The translations under genes and the position numbers were made by a program. The notes below the pieces were generated by a model. The model saw nothing but the letters and a program-made list of their open reading frames with translations. It did no database searches and was not told where the DNA came from. A stretch of 64,000 nucleotides of DNA from Archangium sp. Lineage in GTDB: Bacteria > Myxococcota > Myxococcia > Myxococcales > Myxococcaceae. Positions 37,057 to 46,887 of the stretch are shown piece by piece. The stretch's first letter is position 1. Each line of letters opens with the position of its first letter. The stretch is from assembly GCA_046595925.1 (NCBI GenBank), contig JBKJSE010000164.1, positions 15,260 to 79,259 of the forward strand, read 5' to 3'.

Positions 37057-39756
37057 ATGCGCTTCCTCTTGATCCTCTCGATGCTCGGCCTGGGCGCTGC
37101 TTGTTCGTCGCCGGCGCCGCAGAAGTGCAGCACCACCAACTGCACCGGCTGTTGCGACCCGACCACTGACGCTTGTCTGCCAGGCACGGTCGAGACCGGC
37201 TGCGGCACGGGCGGCCTTTCCTGCACCCAATGCGGCACGGACACCTTCTGCAACGTGGGCTTCTGCCTTCCGCGCGGCAGCAACACCGGCGGCGGCACGG
37301 GCTCTGGCGGCGGCAGCGGAGGCGGCACCGGAGGCGGAGGCGGAACGGGCGGCGGTACGACCGGCGGCGGCGGAGGCACCAGCTCGTGCGGCCCCGAGAG
37401 CTGCGGCGGCTGCTGCGCCAACGGCGTCTGCCAGCCGGGCAACGCGACCTCGGCGTGTGGAAGTGGCGGCCAGGCGTGCAGCGCGTGCACCAACGGAACG
37501 TGCTCCGACAACCAGTGCAGCGGGAGCACCTGCAACGCGAGCAACTGCCAGGGCTGCTGCAACGGCAACCGCTGCGAGACCGGGTTGACCACCGCCCTGT
37601 GCGGCGCGGGCGGCGCGACCTGCAGCCTGTGTGGGACCGGCCAGAGCTGCACCAGCGGCCTGTGCGGGGGAAGCAGCACCTGCAACTCGGAGAACTGCCC
37701 TGACGGCTGCTGCCAGGGGAACGTGTGCCAGGCAGGCACCAGCACCTCGGCGTGTGGCCTGAGCGGCCAGACCTGCGGCGTGTGCGCGACGAACCAGACC
37801 TGCAACGCGGGCACTTGCACCGGCGGCTCGACCTGCAACGCGGCCACCTGCCCCGGCGGTTGCTGCGCGGGCAACGTGTGCCAGAGCGGAACCTCGACCA
37901 GCGCGTGTGGCAGCAGCGGCACCACCTGCAGCACCTGCTCCGGCGCCGACTCGTGCGTGGGTGGCTCGTGCCGCTTCGTGTGCAACGCCTCGACCTGTCC
38001 GAACGGTTGCTGCGCCGGGAACGTCTGCCAGCCCGGCACCACGAGCTCCGCGTGTGGAACCGGCGGCGGAACGTGCGCGAGCTGCGGCTCGGGTGAGAGC
38101 TGCAACGGTACACAGTGTGCCTCGAGCTGCAACCCCACCACCTGCCCCGGCGGTTGTTGCCAGGGGAGCGTCTGCCAACCCGGCACCATGCAGGCGGCGT
38201 GCGGCACCGGCGGCGCGACGTGCGGGAGCTGCGGAAGCAATCAGGTGTGCAACGGCACCTCGTGCGTGGCCACCTGCAACGCGACCACGTGCCCGAGCGG
38301 CTGTTGCCAGGGCGACGTCTGCCAGAGCGGCAGCTCGGGTGCGGCGTGCGGCTCGGGCGGCGCCGCGTGCAGCACCTGTTCGGGCACGCAGACCTGCAGC
38401 GCGGGTAACTGCTCAGGCGGTGGACTGACGGGCGATCGCTGCGACACCGCGCCGTTGCTCTCGTTGCCGATCTCGATGAGCCAGTCGCTCTCGGGCTTCG
38501 CGAACGACTTCGTCTCGGGCAGCACGAATGGCTGCGCCGGAACGCAAGGCGTCGACCGCGTGGTGCGCGTGTCCGTGCCGGCAGGTCACCGCTTGTCGGT
38601 GACGGTCACGCCGACGGTGAGCACGTTCGACCCCACGGTGAGCCTGGTGGTCGGCTCAGCCACCGGCTGCGTCGGTACGACCGCCGCGTGCGTGGCGGCG
38701 ATCGACACGGGCAACGCGAACCAGTCCGAGACGTTGACGTGGACGAACACCGGCTTGAGCGCCGCCAACGTGTACATCATCGTCGACGACTACAGCGCGA
38801 CCGGTACCGGCGGCACGTACACGCTGTCGGCCAGCTCGGCGCCGCCAGCGGCCGGAGAGACCTGCGGCTCGCCGTTGAACGCGGTGAGCGGCACGTCGGT
38901 CTCGCGCACGCCGTCGTCGTACGCCGACGACTACCAGGGCGTGGGCACGGGCTGCATCACGCCGTCGGTGGGGCCTGACTTCGTGCTCGCGTACACGGTG
39001 CCGAACAACCGAAGCCTGACCATCACGGCGACGCCTTCGACGGGGCTCGATGTGACAGTGAACTTCGCCACCAGCCTCGCCGCGTGTGGTTCGCGCACCT
39101 GCGTCGCGAACGCGAACGCGGGCGGAACAGGCGTGACAGAGACCGCCGCGTGGAACAACACCACCGGCTCGACCGTGACGCTCTATGTGATCATCGACAC
39201 GCCGACGATGCCCGCGGGTTCGGTCAGCGTGTTGGGCACCGAAGGCGCGATCCTCTCGTGCGGCTCAGCGACGTGTGCGAGCGGCTGCTGCTCAGGTGGC
39301 ACCTGCGTGACGGGAACGGTCGACGCGGCCTGCGGCACCGGAGGCGCGACGTGTTCGACCTGCAGCTCTCCTGCCCAGTGCAACGCGAGCCAGGTGTGCA
39401 GCTCGACGGACCTGGGCGCGGGCTCGCCTTGCACGGCCGCCTCGCAGTGCTACCAGCCGATCCTCGGCTCTGCAGAGTGCCGCACCTCGTGGCCCGGCGG
39501 CGGCTATTGCACCGGCACGTGCCTGCTGACTGACCAGCTCTGCGGCGGCTTCTTCGCGGGCGCGACGGGTTGGTGCACGCCCGCCGGTCAATGCCTGCAG
39601 GACTGCACTTCGCCGGGCACGGGTCAGTCGACCTGCCGCACTGGCTACGTGTGTGACTACAGCAACGGCGCGGGCAGCCATGGCGTGTGCTTGCCGAGGT
39701 GTCAGCAGGTCGCGTGTGCCGCGGGCGCTTGCCAGACTTCGGGCTACTGCCGCTGA
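37057..39756 (+). CDS. lipoprotein with tandem Cys-rich (CC-motif) repeats, a poly-Gly tether and two PPC-like beta-sandwich domains (899 aa)
   Basis: Lipobox MRFLLILSMLGLGAAC. Repeats of the type C-N-x3-C-x-G-C-C-x-G-N-x-C-Q-x-G-T-x3-A-C-G-x2-G-x2-C-x2-C. GGTYTLSAS-type domain ends. ATG at 37057; the track start at 37054 is GTG. Confidence 0.85.
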   Translation: MRFLLILSMLGLGAACSSPAPQKCSTTNCTGCCDPTTDACLPGTVETGCGTGGLSCTQCGTDTFCNVGFCLPRGSNTGGGTGSGGGSGGGTGGGGGTGGGTTGGGGGTSSCGPESCGGCCANGVCQPGNATSACGSGGQACSACTNGTCSDNQCSGSTCNASNCQGCCNGNRCETGLTTALCGAGGATCSLCGTGQSCTSGLCGGSSTCNSENCPDGCCQGNVCQAGTSTSACGLSGQTCGVCATNQTCNAGTCTGGSTCNAATCPGGCCAGNVCQSGTSTSACGSSGTTCSTCSGADSCVGGSCRFVCNASTCPNGCCAGNVCQPGTTSSACGTGGGTCASCGSGESCNGTQCASSCNPTTCPGGCCQGSVCQPGTMQAACGTGGATCGSCGSNQVCNGTSCVATCNATTCPSGCCQGDVCQSGSSGAACGSGGAACSTCSGTQTCSAGNCSGGGLTGDRCDTAPLLSLPISMSQSLSGFANDFVSGSTNGCAGTQGVDRVVRVSVPAGHRLSVTVTPTVSTFDPTVSLVVGSATGCVGTTAACVAAIDTGNANQSETLTWTNTGLSAANVYIIVDDYSATGTGGTYTLSASSAPPAAGETCGSPLNAVSGTSVSRTPSSYADDYQGVGTGCITPSVGPDFVLAYTVPNNRSLTITATPSTGLDVTVNFATSLAACGSRTCVANANAGGTGVTETAAWNNTTGSTVTLYVIIDTPTMPAGSVSVLGTEGAILSCGSATCASGCCSGGTCVTGTVDAACGTGGATCSTCSSPAQCNASQVCSSTDLGAGSPCTAASQCYQPILGSAECRTSWPGGGYCTGTCLLTDQLCGGFFAGATGWCTPAGQCLQDCTSPGTGQSTCRTGYVCDYSNGAGSHGVCLPRCQQVACAAGACQTSGYCR
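37126..38412 (+). repeat. array of eight ~43-46-aa Cys-rich modules, interrupted once by a Gly tract
   Basis: The CC dipeptide recurs in TGCCDP, GGCCANG, QGCCNGN, DGCCQGN, GGCCAGN, NGCCAGN, GGCCQGS and SGCCQGD. A ninth copy lies near the C-terminus. Confidence 0.8.
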
Positions 39757-40947
39757 TCAGCTCGGCGAACGCTGCGAGGAATAGATCCCGCGGCGACCAC
39801 TGAGCACCCAGGCCACGACTGAGACGATCGCGACGTGGGGGAAGATACCCACGCCGACCAACTCGACGGCCATGATCGACAACGCGAGCGGCGCCTTCGA
39901 CGCGGCTGCGAAGACGGCGGCCATGCCCACGCCTGCACCGAGCGCGATGGGAATGCCGAGCAGCGCGGCCAACGCACTGCCCAGCGCCGCGCCAATGAAG
40001 AACAACGGAGTCACCTCGCCACCGGGAAAACCGGCTCCGAGGCAGAGGGCCGTGAAGACCAGCTTGAGCGCGAAGACGCTGGGCGGCAACGCGGGTTCTT
40101 CGAAAGCGCGAAGGATCGTGGGAACGCCGAGGCCGAGGGACTCGCTCGAGCCGACGAGCTTCCACAACGCCACCACCACGACGCCACCCAGGAACATGCG
40201 CAGTGGCAGGGACGGCAGGCGCTGCTCACCCTGTTTCTTGAGGAAGTGCACCAGCTCGACGAACACCACCGTCACCAGCGCCACGGCGATCGCGAAGAGG
40301 ATCCACTTCCCCAGCAGCGGCAGGCTCAACGCCACGTGAGGCGCGACTGGATAGGGGGCGTGCGTGACGCCCAGCGCGCGCGTGGTGAGATCACCCACCA
40401 CCGCGGCCACCAGGGCCGGCACGAGCGCGTCGTACTTGAGCCGGCCGAGCACGATGAACTCGAGCCCGAACACGGTGCCCGCGATGGGCGTACCGAAGAC
40501 CGCGCCGAAGCCACCGGCGACCCCGGCCGCCAACAACTGCAGCCGCAGCTCCCGGCCCAGGCCAAGCCGATGCGAGATCCAATCAGAGAGGCTCGCGCCC
40601 ATCTGCACCGCGGTGCCTTCCCGGCCCACGCTGGCGCCGAAGAGGTGCGCCGCGACGGTGCCCAGCAACACCATGGGCGCCATGCGGAGCGGCACCTCGG
40701 GACCATCGTCATGAATGGTGTCGATGATGAGGTTGTTGCCCGCCTTGATGCGCGCGCCGAACCGTTCGTACCCGAGGCCGATCACCAGCCCCGCCAGCGG
40801 CAGCGCGTAGACGAAGCGTTCGTCGTGCACCCGCACGTGGGTCACCACGTCGAGCAGCAGCAGGAAGACAGCAGCGGCGAGCCCGCACACCACGCCGACC
40901 AGCGCGCCGAACACCAGCCACTGGCCCAGCACACGGAGCCGAATCAT
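39757..40947 (-). CDS. CLC-family channel/antiporter, CLC-F (fluoride/proton) subtype likely
   Basis: 396 aa with no CBS domains. Selectivity motifs GNNLI (in place of GSGIP), GREGT and GGEVTP (in place of GxFxP). The ATG overlaps the upstream stop (caATGAtt). Confidence 0.8.
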   Translation of the reverse strand: MIRLRVLGQWLVFGALVGVVCGLAAAVFLLLLDVVTHVRVHDERFVYALPLAGLVIGLGYERFGARIKAGNNLIIDTIHDDGPEVPLRMAPMVLLGTVAAHLFGASVGREGTAVQMGASLSDWISHRLGLGRELRLQLLAAGVAGGFGAVFGTPIAGTVFGLEFIVLGRLKYDALVPALVAAVVGDLTTRALGVTHAPYPVAPHVALSLPLLGKWILFAIAVALVTVVFVELVHFLKKQGEQRLPSLPLRMFLGGVVVVALWKLVGSSESLGLGVPTILRAFEEPALPPSVFALKLVFTALCLGAGFPGGEVTPLFFIGAALGSALAALLGIPIALGAGVGMAAVFAAASKAPLALSIMAVELVGVGIFPHVAIVSVVAWVLSGRRGIYSSQRSPS

Positions 40948-43900
40948 TGCGGTGCGAAGCGCAGGCCACTGCCGGTGTTCACGCTGCCGGGTGCATTGAA
41001 GGAGTGCAGCAACCCGTCGGTACCCGTGAGGTTCTCGATGCCGATGGTCGAGGTGCTGCCCGAGACCACGTCACCCAGACCGCCGTTGGCCTGGAGCGAG
41101 CAGTAATGGAACTCGATGACGCCGGTGCCCTCGAAGAGCCTGGCCTGAAACTGCACCCGCTCTGCGCCCGTGCCTGCGCCCAGGAAGGACGCTTCGATCC
41201 ACTCCACGACGAAGCTGCGGCTGGGTGAAGTTCCACTCGTGAGCGAGCGCACGTGCGTCTGCGGCCCAGCCGGCAGCAGGTCGTCCCACAGGGGCGCGAC
41301 CAGACCGTTGGGCCCGAAGGGTTCAGGCAGCAGCGTGTTGTCGAACGCGCAATCCGTGGCGCCGGCGGCGCTGGTGAAGAGCTGCACGAAGCCATTCATG
41401 CACGCCGAGAAGTGCGTCACCGGCACGGAGAAGTACGTCATCGGGAACGGCAACGAGAGCGGCACCGTGCCCTGGTCGTCATTGATGATTGGCATCGTCG
41501 CGGGCCCCAGCAGATCGGGGGCCATGGAAAGATCGCTGCAGCTCGCGGTGATGCGGGTCAGCGAATACGGCGTGCGCAGAACGCTCAGCGAGAACGTTCC
41601 GGTGGTGGTGGTGCCCGGCGCGCTCACCGAGATCACGTAGGTCTTCACGGCGCCCGTCTCGTTCTGCAGCGTCACCGTCTCCGCACCGAAGCCGACAACC
41701 GAATTGGCCGAGGCCGCGCAAGAGGCCGCTCCACAACCCTCGAAGAGGCGCAGGCTCACGTCGAAGTTGGTGGAGCTCGCGGACACCTTCACGCGCTCGG
41801 CCGGCGCCAGGTCGACCCGGTAGTACTTCGTGAGCCCGGTCACCGTGGCCAGGCAAGCGGTGTTCGGTGCGCCCCCCCCCGTGAGCGTCTCGTTCAGCAA
41901 CGGCACGCCCACCGACACCAGCGTGGCGCCCGCGCACCCGGCGTTGCTGGCCGACACCGAGACGTTGGCGAGCACGCTGAAGTTGTTGGTCGACGTCGGG
42001 CTCGTGTTCACGCCGCTCGCGGCGATCACCAGGGTCTGGCTGACGCCGCTGGTGTTGCTCACCAGCACCGCCTCGGAAGCGAGCCCGGGGCTGTCACTGG
42101 CGGCCGTGCACGTGCTGCTCGCACAGCTCGCCAGCACGCGCGCACCGACGTCGAGACCGTTGACGACTCCGGGGCTGACGAGGGCGTGCAGCGTGCTCCC
42201 CGACGGCACCACCACTGAGTAGTAGCGCGTGTAGCCGCTCTGCGAGGGCAGGCACACGTTGGTCAGCGGCATGCCACCGGGCACCGCGAGCTCGCCTGCG
42301 ATGGCCACGCCCGAGGTGAGCGGCGTCGGCGTGTTGCAGAACGCGTTGGGCGCTGCCGGGGGCGACGCGGTGGTCGCAGCGATCGAATACGTGCCGCCCG
42401 TGCCGACGAACGAGCTGCTCACGGCCACGATGAACTGCTGCGAAAAATTGGCCGCGTTGGTGATGCGCACGCGCTCGGGCGCCGTGCCCTGCGTGGCATC
42501 AGCGAACGCCGCGCAGGTGGCCGTCTCTGCGCACGAATTGAAGACGCGCAGCCCCGGGTCGAAGCCCGTGGGCGAGACGCTCACCTCGACCGCGCTCAGC
42601 GCAGGCACCGACACCGAGTAGTACCGCGTGCGCCCCGGCTGACCCGGCAGACAACTGGTGATGCCGGAACCTCCCGTGTCGATGACCTCACCGATGACGG
42701 GCATCGCGTTGACCGGCAACGTCCTGGCCAGGCTGCAGGCGATGTTGTCGTTGGAGGGAATCGCGATGACCTCGGCGAGAATGTCGAAGCGGCCGTTCGC
42801 GCCGCTGGTCGTCGCCCCCACCGAGACGGTGAGGGTCTGCGTGCCCGTGCTGCGGTTGTCGAAGGTGAGCGACTGCGCTCCTGCGCCCTGCACCCCGTTC
42901 GTGCATGCGGTGGCGGTGCACGTGCTCAACAGCCGGGTGGTCATGCTGACCATCGAGGTGACTGAGATAACCGCGCGCTGGTTGGGCGAGAGCGTCAGCC
43001 GGTAGAACAGCTGACCGCCGGTCCCAGGGAAACACGCGGTGCTGGGCACGCCGCCTTGCGAAGAGTCCTGACCGGCCAGGACGATGCCTGAATTGAGCGG
43101 GGTCGCCGCCGTGCAGATGGAGTTGGGGGCCGTGCTCACCGTCGCCGACAGGCTGTACGCACCGCCCATCGCCATGCCGCCCCATTGCTTGACGAACACC
43201 GAGTAGGTGCCGGGCTGCAGCGTCAGGGTCACCCGGCTGCGCGTGCCGATGCCCGGAGTGTCGTCGTTGCAAGCGAGGTCGGTCGTCGCCGTGCAGCTCG
43301 AGCGCACCATGAGCACCGTGTCGAGCATGCCGCCGGTCTCCAGCGTGACCTGGCTCGCCGAGGTGATGGTGAGCGTCCAGAGATCTTCGAAGCGATTGGA
43401 TTGCATGGAACAGGTCGGCAACGGGAAGCGCGCCGCGCCCGACAGCAGCGTTCCCGTCACCGTGGTGTTCGGGGTCAACACGCCCACAGATGAGGCCGGA
43501 CAACCGCCGCCACACGTGCCGCCTGTGCACGACTGGCCCACGGGGCACGCGTTGGTGCACGAGCCGCAGGTGGTGGTCGCGTTCAGATCGGCTTCACAGC
43601 CGTTGACCGGACGGCCATCGCAGTCGGCGAAGCCCGGGCGGCATTGCGCCCCGCAGCTGCCCATCACGCAGCGGGCGGTTTGATTGGGGCCGGTGCTGCA
43701 GCGGTTGCCGCAGACGCCGCAGCTCGCGGGAGCGGAGAGATCGGCCTCGCACCCGTTGGCCGCGACGAAGTCACAGTTGCCGAAGCCCGGCGCGCAGGTC
43801 AGCCCGCACACACCCCTGGTGCAGGTGGCTGCGGCGTTCTGGCCCGAGGGGCACGCGTTGCGACAGGCCCCACACGTCGAAGGGTCGCTGAGGTTGGCCT

Positions 43901-44399
43901 CGCAGCCGTTCATCGGGTTCAAGTCACAGTCGGCGAAGCCAGGTGCGCACTGGAAAGTGCAGGTGCCACCGGAGCAGCTGGCCGCCGCGTTCGGGCCGCG
44001 AGCGCAAGTGCGAAGGCAGCTGCCGCAGTTGTTCACGTCGGAGCTGACGTCGATGCAGCCGTTCACGCAGAACGCCTGGCCGGGCCGGCACATCGAACCA
44101 CCGCCGCCACCGAGGCCACCGCCGACTCCGCCACCAACGCCGCCGCCCGAGCCGCCCGAGCCGCCACCGATTCCGCCGCCGCCTGCTCCGCCACCGATTC
44201 CGCCGCCGAGGCCTCCTCCAGGACCGCCTCCGCTACCGCCGCCGAGACCACCGTCGAGCAGGTTCACGCAGCCGAAGGCCGTGCAGCTCTCGCCCGGAGC
44301 GCAGTCCCTGGCGGTCTCGCAAATGGTGCCCGTTCTGCCGCAACCGGCCGCCAGCAGCGCGACCCCCAAAGCCACAAACCCAAGCGCAGCCGTTTTCAT
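40944..44399 (-). CDS. lipoprotein with a poly-Gly tether, ~50-aa Cys-rich repeats, several PPC-like beta-sandwich domains and a NIDO-like C-terminal domain (1151 aa)
   Basis: Lipobox FVALGVALLAAGC. Repeats NCGxC..C..G.N...C..G.C...C.PGF.dCD...NGCEA.L occur about 3.5 times. Recurring GG.YS(L/I)(S/A)AT domain ends. C-terminal ..LVAPLWDDL..FVVEW..VQFQARLFEGTGVIEFHY. Confidence 0.85.
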   Translation of the reverse strand: MKTAALGFVALGVALLAAGCGRTGTICETARDCAPGESCTAFGCVNLLDGGLGGGSGGGPGGGLGGGIGGGAGGGGIGGGSGGSGGGVGGGVGGGLGGGGGSMCRPGQAFCVNGCIDVSSDVNNCGSCLRTCARGPNAAASCSGGTCTFQCAPGFADCDLNPMNGCEANLSDPSTCGACRNACPSGQNAAATCTRGVCGLTCAPGFGNCDFVAANGCEADLSAPASCGVCGNRCSTGPNQTARCVMGSCGAQCRPGFADCDGRPVNGCEADLNATTTCGSCTNACPVGQSCTGGTCGGGCPASSVGVLTPNTTVTGTLLSGAARFPLPTCSMQSNRFEDLWTLTITSASQVTLETGGMLDTVLMVRSSCTATTDLACNDDTPGIGTRSRVTLTLQPGTYSVFVKQWGGMAMGGAYSLSATVSTAPNSICTAATPLNSGIVLAGQDSSQGGVPSTACFPGTGGQLFYRLTLSPNQRAVISVTSMVSMTTRLLSTCTATACTNGVQGAGAQSLTFDNRSTGTQTLTVSVGATTSGANGRFDILAEVIAIPSNDNIACSLARTLPVNAMPVIGEVIDTGGSGITSCLPGQPGRTRYYSVSVPALSAVEVSVSPTGFDPGLRVFNSCAETATCAAFADATQGTAPERVRITNAANFSQQFIVAVSSSFVGTGGTYSIAATTASPPAAPNAFCNTPTPLTSGVAIAGELAVPGGMPLTNVCLPSQSGYTRYYSVVVPSGSTLHALVSPGVVNGLDVGARVLASCASSTCTAASDSPGLASEAVLVSNTSGVSQTLVIAASGVNTSPTSTNNFSVLANVSVSASNAGCAGATLVSVGVPLLNETLTGGGAPNTACLATVTGLTKYYRVDLAPAERVKVSASSTNFDVSLRLFEGCGAASCAASANSVVGFGAETVTLQNETGAVKTYVISVSAPGTTTTGTFSLSVLRTPYSLTRITASCSDLSMAPDLLGPATMPIINDDQGTVPLSLPFPMTYFSVPVTHFSACMNGFVQLFTSAAGATDCAFDNTLLPEPFGPNGLVAPLWDDLLPAGPQTHVRSLTSGTSPSRSFVVEWIEASFLGAGTGAERVQFQARLFEGTGVIEFHYCSLQANGGLGDVVSGSTSTIGIENLTGTDGLLHSFNAPGSVNTGSGLRFAPQ

Positions 44400-44506
44400 G
44401 CGCCGTGATCATTAGCACGCGTGCCGCCGAGCGATTCTTCTCGGCCAGAAAAGGACGGGCCAGGTCAGCGTTGCGCCAGACCGCGGCGCTGGTCAGAGTC
44501 TGGCTC

Positions 44507-44803
44507 ATGACGACTCCACTCGAAATTCAGAGAACGGAAGAAGGTCACCGCGGCACCTGGTTCAGCGAGCGCGGTGGCGAACGCGTCGCGCAGATGACCT
44601 TCACGCGGGTCAACCCCGGGCTGGTGATCATCGACCACACGGAAGTGGCCGACTCCTTGAGGGGTCAAGGCGCGGGCCGGCAGCTGCTCGACGCGGCGGT
44701 GAAGTGGGCGCGAGAGACCCAGACGAAGTTCGTCCCCGTGTGCGCGTACGCGAAGGCGCAGTTCGACAAGGATCCGTCGATCCGCGACGTGCTCTCCACC
44801 TGA
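44507..44803 (+). CDS. small GNAT-like N-acetyltransferase (YjdJ/PF14542 type, 98 aa)
   Basis: ATG at 44507. LVIIDHTEVADSLRGQGAGRQLLDAAVKWARE..KFVPVCAYAK matches the single-domain GNAT pattern. Confidence 0.75.
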   Translation: MTTPLEIQRTEEGHRGTWFSERGGERVAQMTFTRVNPGLVIIDHTEVADSLRGQGAGRQLLDAAVKWARETQTKFVPVCAYAKAQFDKDPSIRDVLST

Positions 44804-46785
44804 TGCACCCCACCCTGCTCTCCCTGGTTCCCGCATCGCTGCACCCCGCGGTAGAGGCGCTCCTGGCCGCGCCGCCCAGCGCGTTGATCGATCCCTCCGA
44901 GTTGAACGGAGCTGAGCAGACGCAGGTGGTGGCGCTGTGTGTGCTGGCAGCCGCTTCCCCTGAGCTCTCACCGGTCTTGAACGCGGGGCTGGGCTGGCTG
45001 TCGACCCGCCTCACGGAGCTCAGTGCAGAAGATCAGGGCCGCTATTGGCATCTGCGCGGTGTCGCCGCGGCCCGCGAGCGTGACTTCCTGCGCGCGACGG
45101 TCTCGATGAATCGTGCGTTGACCCTCGCCTCTGCGAGCTACCGCCCGCGCGTGCACGACTCATTCGGCCGGCTGCTGCAGTCGCAGGGCCTCGTGGAAGA
45201 AGCGCGCGTCGAGTACCGCACGGCGCTGACCCGCCGCGAAGCCGACGGTGATGACGAAGGCGCGGCCCTCACGTGGGGCAACCTCGCCCGGTTGGAGCTG
45301 GAGAACGGAAACTGGCTCTCTGCGCGCGAGGCGTTTCAAAAAGATCACGACATCGTGCTGCGCAAGAGCCCCAACGCGTTGCGGCTGCGTGCCCAGCTGC
45401 TCACGCACCTGGGCGAATGTGAGCGGGGTTTAGGCAACCACAAGGGCGCCTTGTCGTACTTCGAGCGCGCGAAGCAGACCGCCGAGCAGGCTGGCGACAC
45501 CTTCGGCCACGTGATCGCTACGGTGAACCAGGCGCGTGAGCTCGTGCACCTGCGCCCCAGTGCCGCGGGCCCGATGCTCGCCTCGGTCGAAGCGCACATC
45601 GCCACGGTGCCGCCGGCCCAGCGCATGACCCTGCTCGCGCTGCTCGAGGTCACCCGCGCCGAACACGCCGCGATGGAACAACGCACGCTCGACGCAGAAG
45701 CCGCCTTCGTGCGCGCGCTCGACGCGGTGGAGCGCTCCACGCTGGTCAGCCCGATAGAACACGCGCTCATCGCGCGCTCGGCGGCACGCTTTCAGACCGA
45801 GGTCTTCGGGGGCGGCCGCAACGTGGAATACCTGCAGCGCGCGCTGCGACTGCTCGACGCGACCTCGGCGACGGCACTTCGCGCTGACGTGGAGAACGAG
45901 CTGCGCCGCGCGAGCAACGACGCGTGGACGCTCCACGTGGTCAGCCGATTTCTGGGGCGCAGCGCGGTCGAGCTGGCAATGCGTGAGGCAGGCCAGGCCG
46001 GCTTCCGCGGACAGCGGGTCGAGCTCGCGGTGCTCTTCGCGGACCTGCGAGGCTTCACTTCGGCGGCCGAAGGCCTCGCGCCGGGCGAGCTCGTCGACGC
46101 CCTCAATCAGATCCTCTCGCGCATGGCCGCGTGCGTGGAGACCATGGGCGGGCTGGTCGACAAGTTCGTGGGCGACGCGGTGATGGCGTTGTTCGGCGTG
46201 GAAGCGACTCCGGCGGTGGCGGCGCGTGAGGCGGTGCGTTCTGCGCTGCTGATGCAGGCCGAGCTCGAGCGGCTCAATCGTCACGCGGGCAAGCTGGGCA
46301 CGCTGCAGATGGGCGTGGGCATTCACTTCGGTCCGTCGGTGTTGGGGCTCATCGGCAGCGCTCAGCACCGCAGCTACACCGCGCTGGGCGACACGGTGAA
46401 CTTCGCCTCGCGGTTGGAGGGCATGACCAAGCAGCTCGGCGCGACGGTGCTGGTCAGTGCCGCGGTGGTGCAGCACCTTCGCGAAGGCGACTTCGTGCTG
46501 CGGGCGCTGGGCCGATACGCACCCAAAGGAGCGCTGGTGCCGATCGAGTGCTTCGACGTGATGGGCGAAGCGCGTGATGCTGCGACGACGGGCAGCCTGA
46601 TGGAAGAGCTCGCGTGTTCGAAGCAGGCCGCTGACGCAGCGCACGAAGGCCGGCTCGCGGCGGCGATCGACTCGTTGAACCGCGCGCTCGAGCTCGCAAA
46701 GGGCACGCATCGCGAGACAGGTTACCGATTGCGCCTCACCGCTCTCGAGGCCGGCGAGGCCGTCGTGCGCCTCTCGGAAAAGTAG
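44803..46785 (+). CDS. TPR-repeat protein fused to a class III adenylate/guanylate cyclase catalytic domain (660 aa)
   Basis: The ATG at 44803 overlaps the GNAT stop (TGATG). Cyclase motifs VLFADLRGFT, KFVGDAVMALFG, GIHFGP and GDTVNFASRLE. Confidence 0.85.
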   Translation: MHPTLLSLVPASLHPAVEALLAAPPSALIDPSELNGAEQTQVVALCVLAAASPELSPVLNAGLGWLSTRLTELSAEDQGRYWHLRGVAAARERDFLRATVSMNRALTLASASYRPRVHDSFGRLLQSQGLVEEARVEYRTALTRREADGDDEGAALTWGNLARLELENGNWLSAREAFQKDHDIVLRKSPNALRLRAQLLTHLGECERGLGNHKGALSYFERAKQTAEQAGDTFGHVIATVNQARELVHLRPSAAGPMLASVEAHIATVPPAQRMTLLALLEVTRAEHAAMEQRTLDAEAAFVRALDAVERSTLVSPIEHALIARSAARFQTEVFGGGRNVEYLQRALRLLDATSATALRADVENELRRASNDAWTLHVVSRFLGRSAVELAMREAGQAGFRGQRVELAVLFADLRGFTSAAEGLAPGELVDALNQILSRMAACVETMGGLVDKFVGDAVMALFGVEATPAVAAREAVRSALLMQAELERLNRHAGKLGTLQMGVGIHFGPSVLGLIGSAQHRSYTALGDTVNFASRLEGMTKQLGATVLVSAAVVQHLREGDFVLRALGRYAPKGALVPIECFDVMGEARDAATTGSLMEELACSKQAADAAHEGRLAAAIDSLNRALELAKGTHRETGYRLRLTALEAGEAVVRLSEK

Positions 46786-46887
46786 GGACCACGACCCCGT
46801 CTTTCCGAGGGGAAATGGTGACCCTGCGCGGCCCGCAAGTTGCTCATGCCTTCTGGGTGACCTGCACCTTCACCAGAGAGGTTCCGC

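Noticed and set aside
36307-38240. 623-aa, 382-aa and 422-aa minus-strand ORFs
   Set aside because: They are antisense shadows of the Cys-repeat array. TGC/GGC codons read as GCA/GCC on the other strand, which gives periodic Ala/Arg or Pro/Gln proteins. The sense strand has a lipobox, conserved Cys spacing and GC3 bias.
40948-41100. Possible fluoride riboswitch upstream of the CLC-F gene
   Set aside because: The CLC start overlaps the stop of the upstream CDS, so there is no untranslated leader. No crcB-motif-like sequence was seen.
39835-41106. 423-aa + strand ORF
   Set aside because: It is antisense to the CLC gene and is His/Arg/Glu/Gln-rich, with no TM segments or motifs.
45430-46710. 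426-aa minus-strand ORF
   Set aside because: It is antisense to the TPR-adenylate cyclase gene, whose cyclase motifs are unambiguous.
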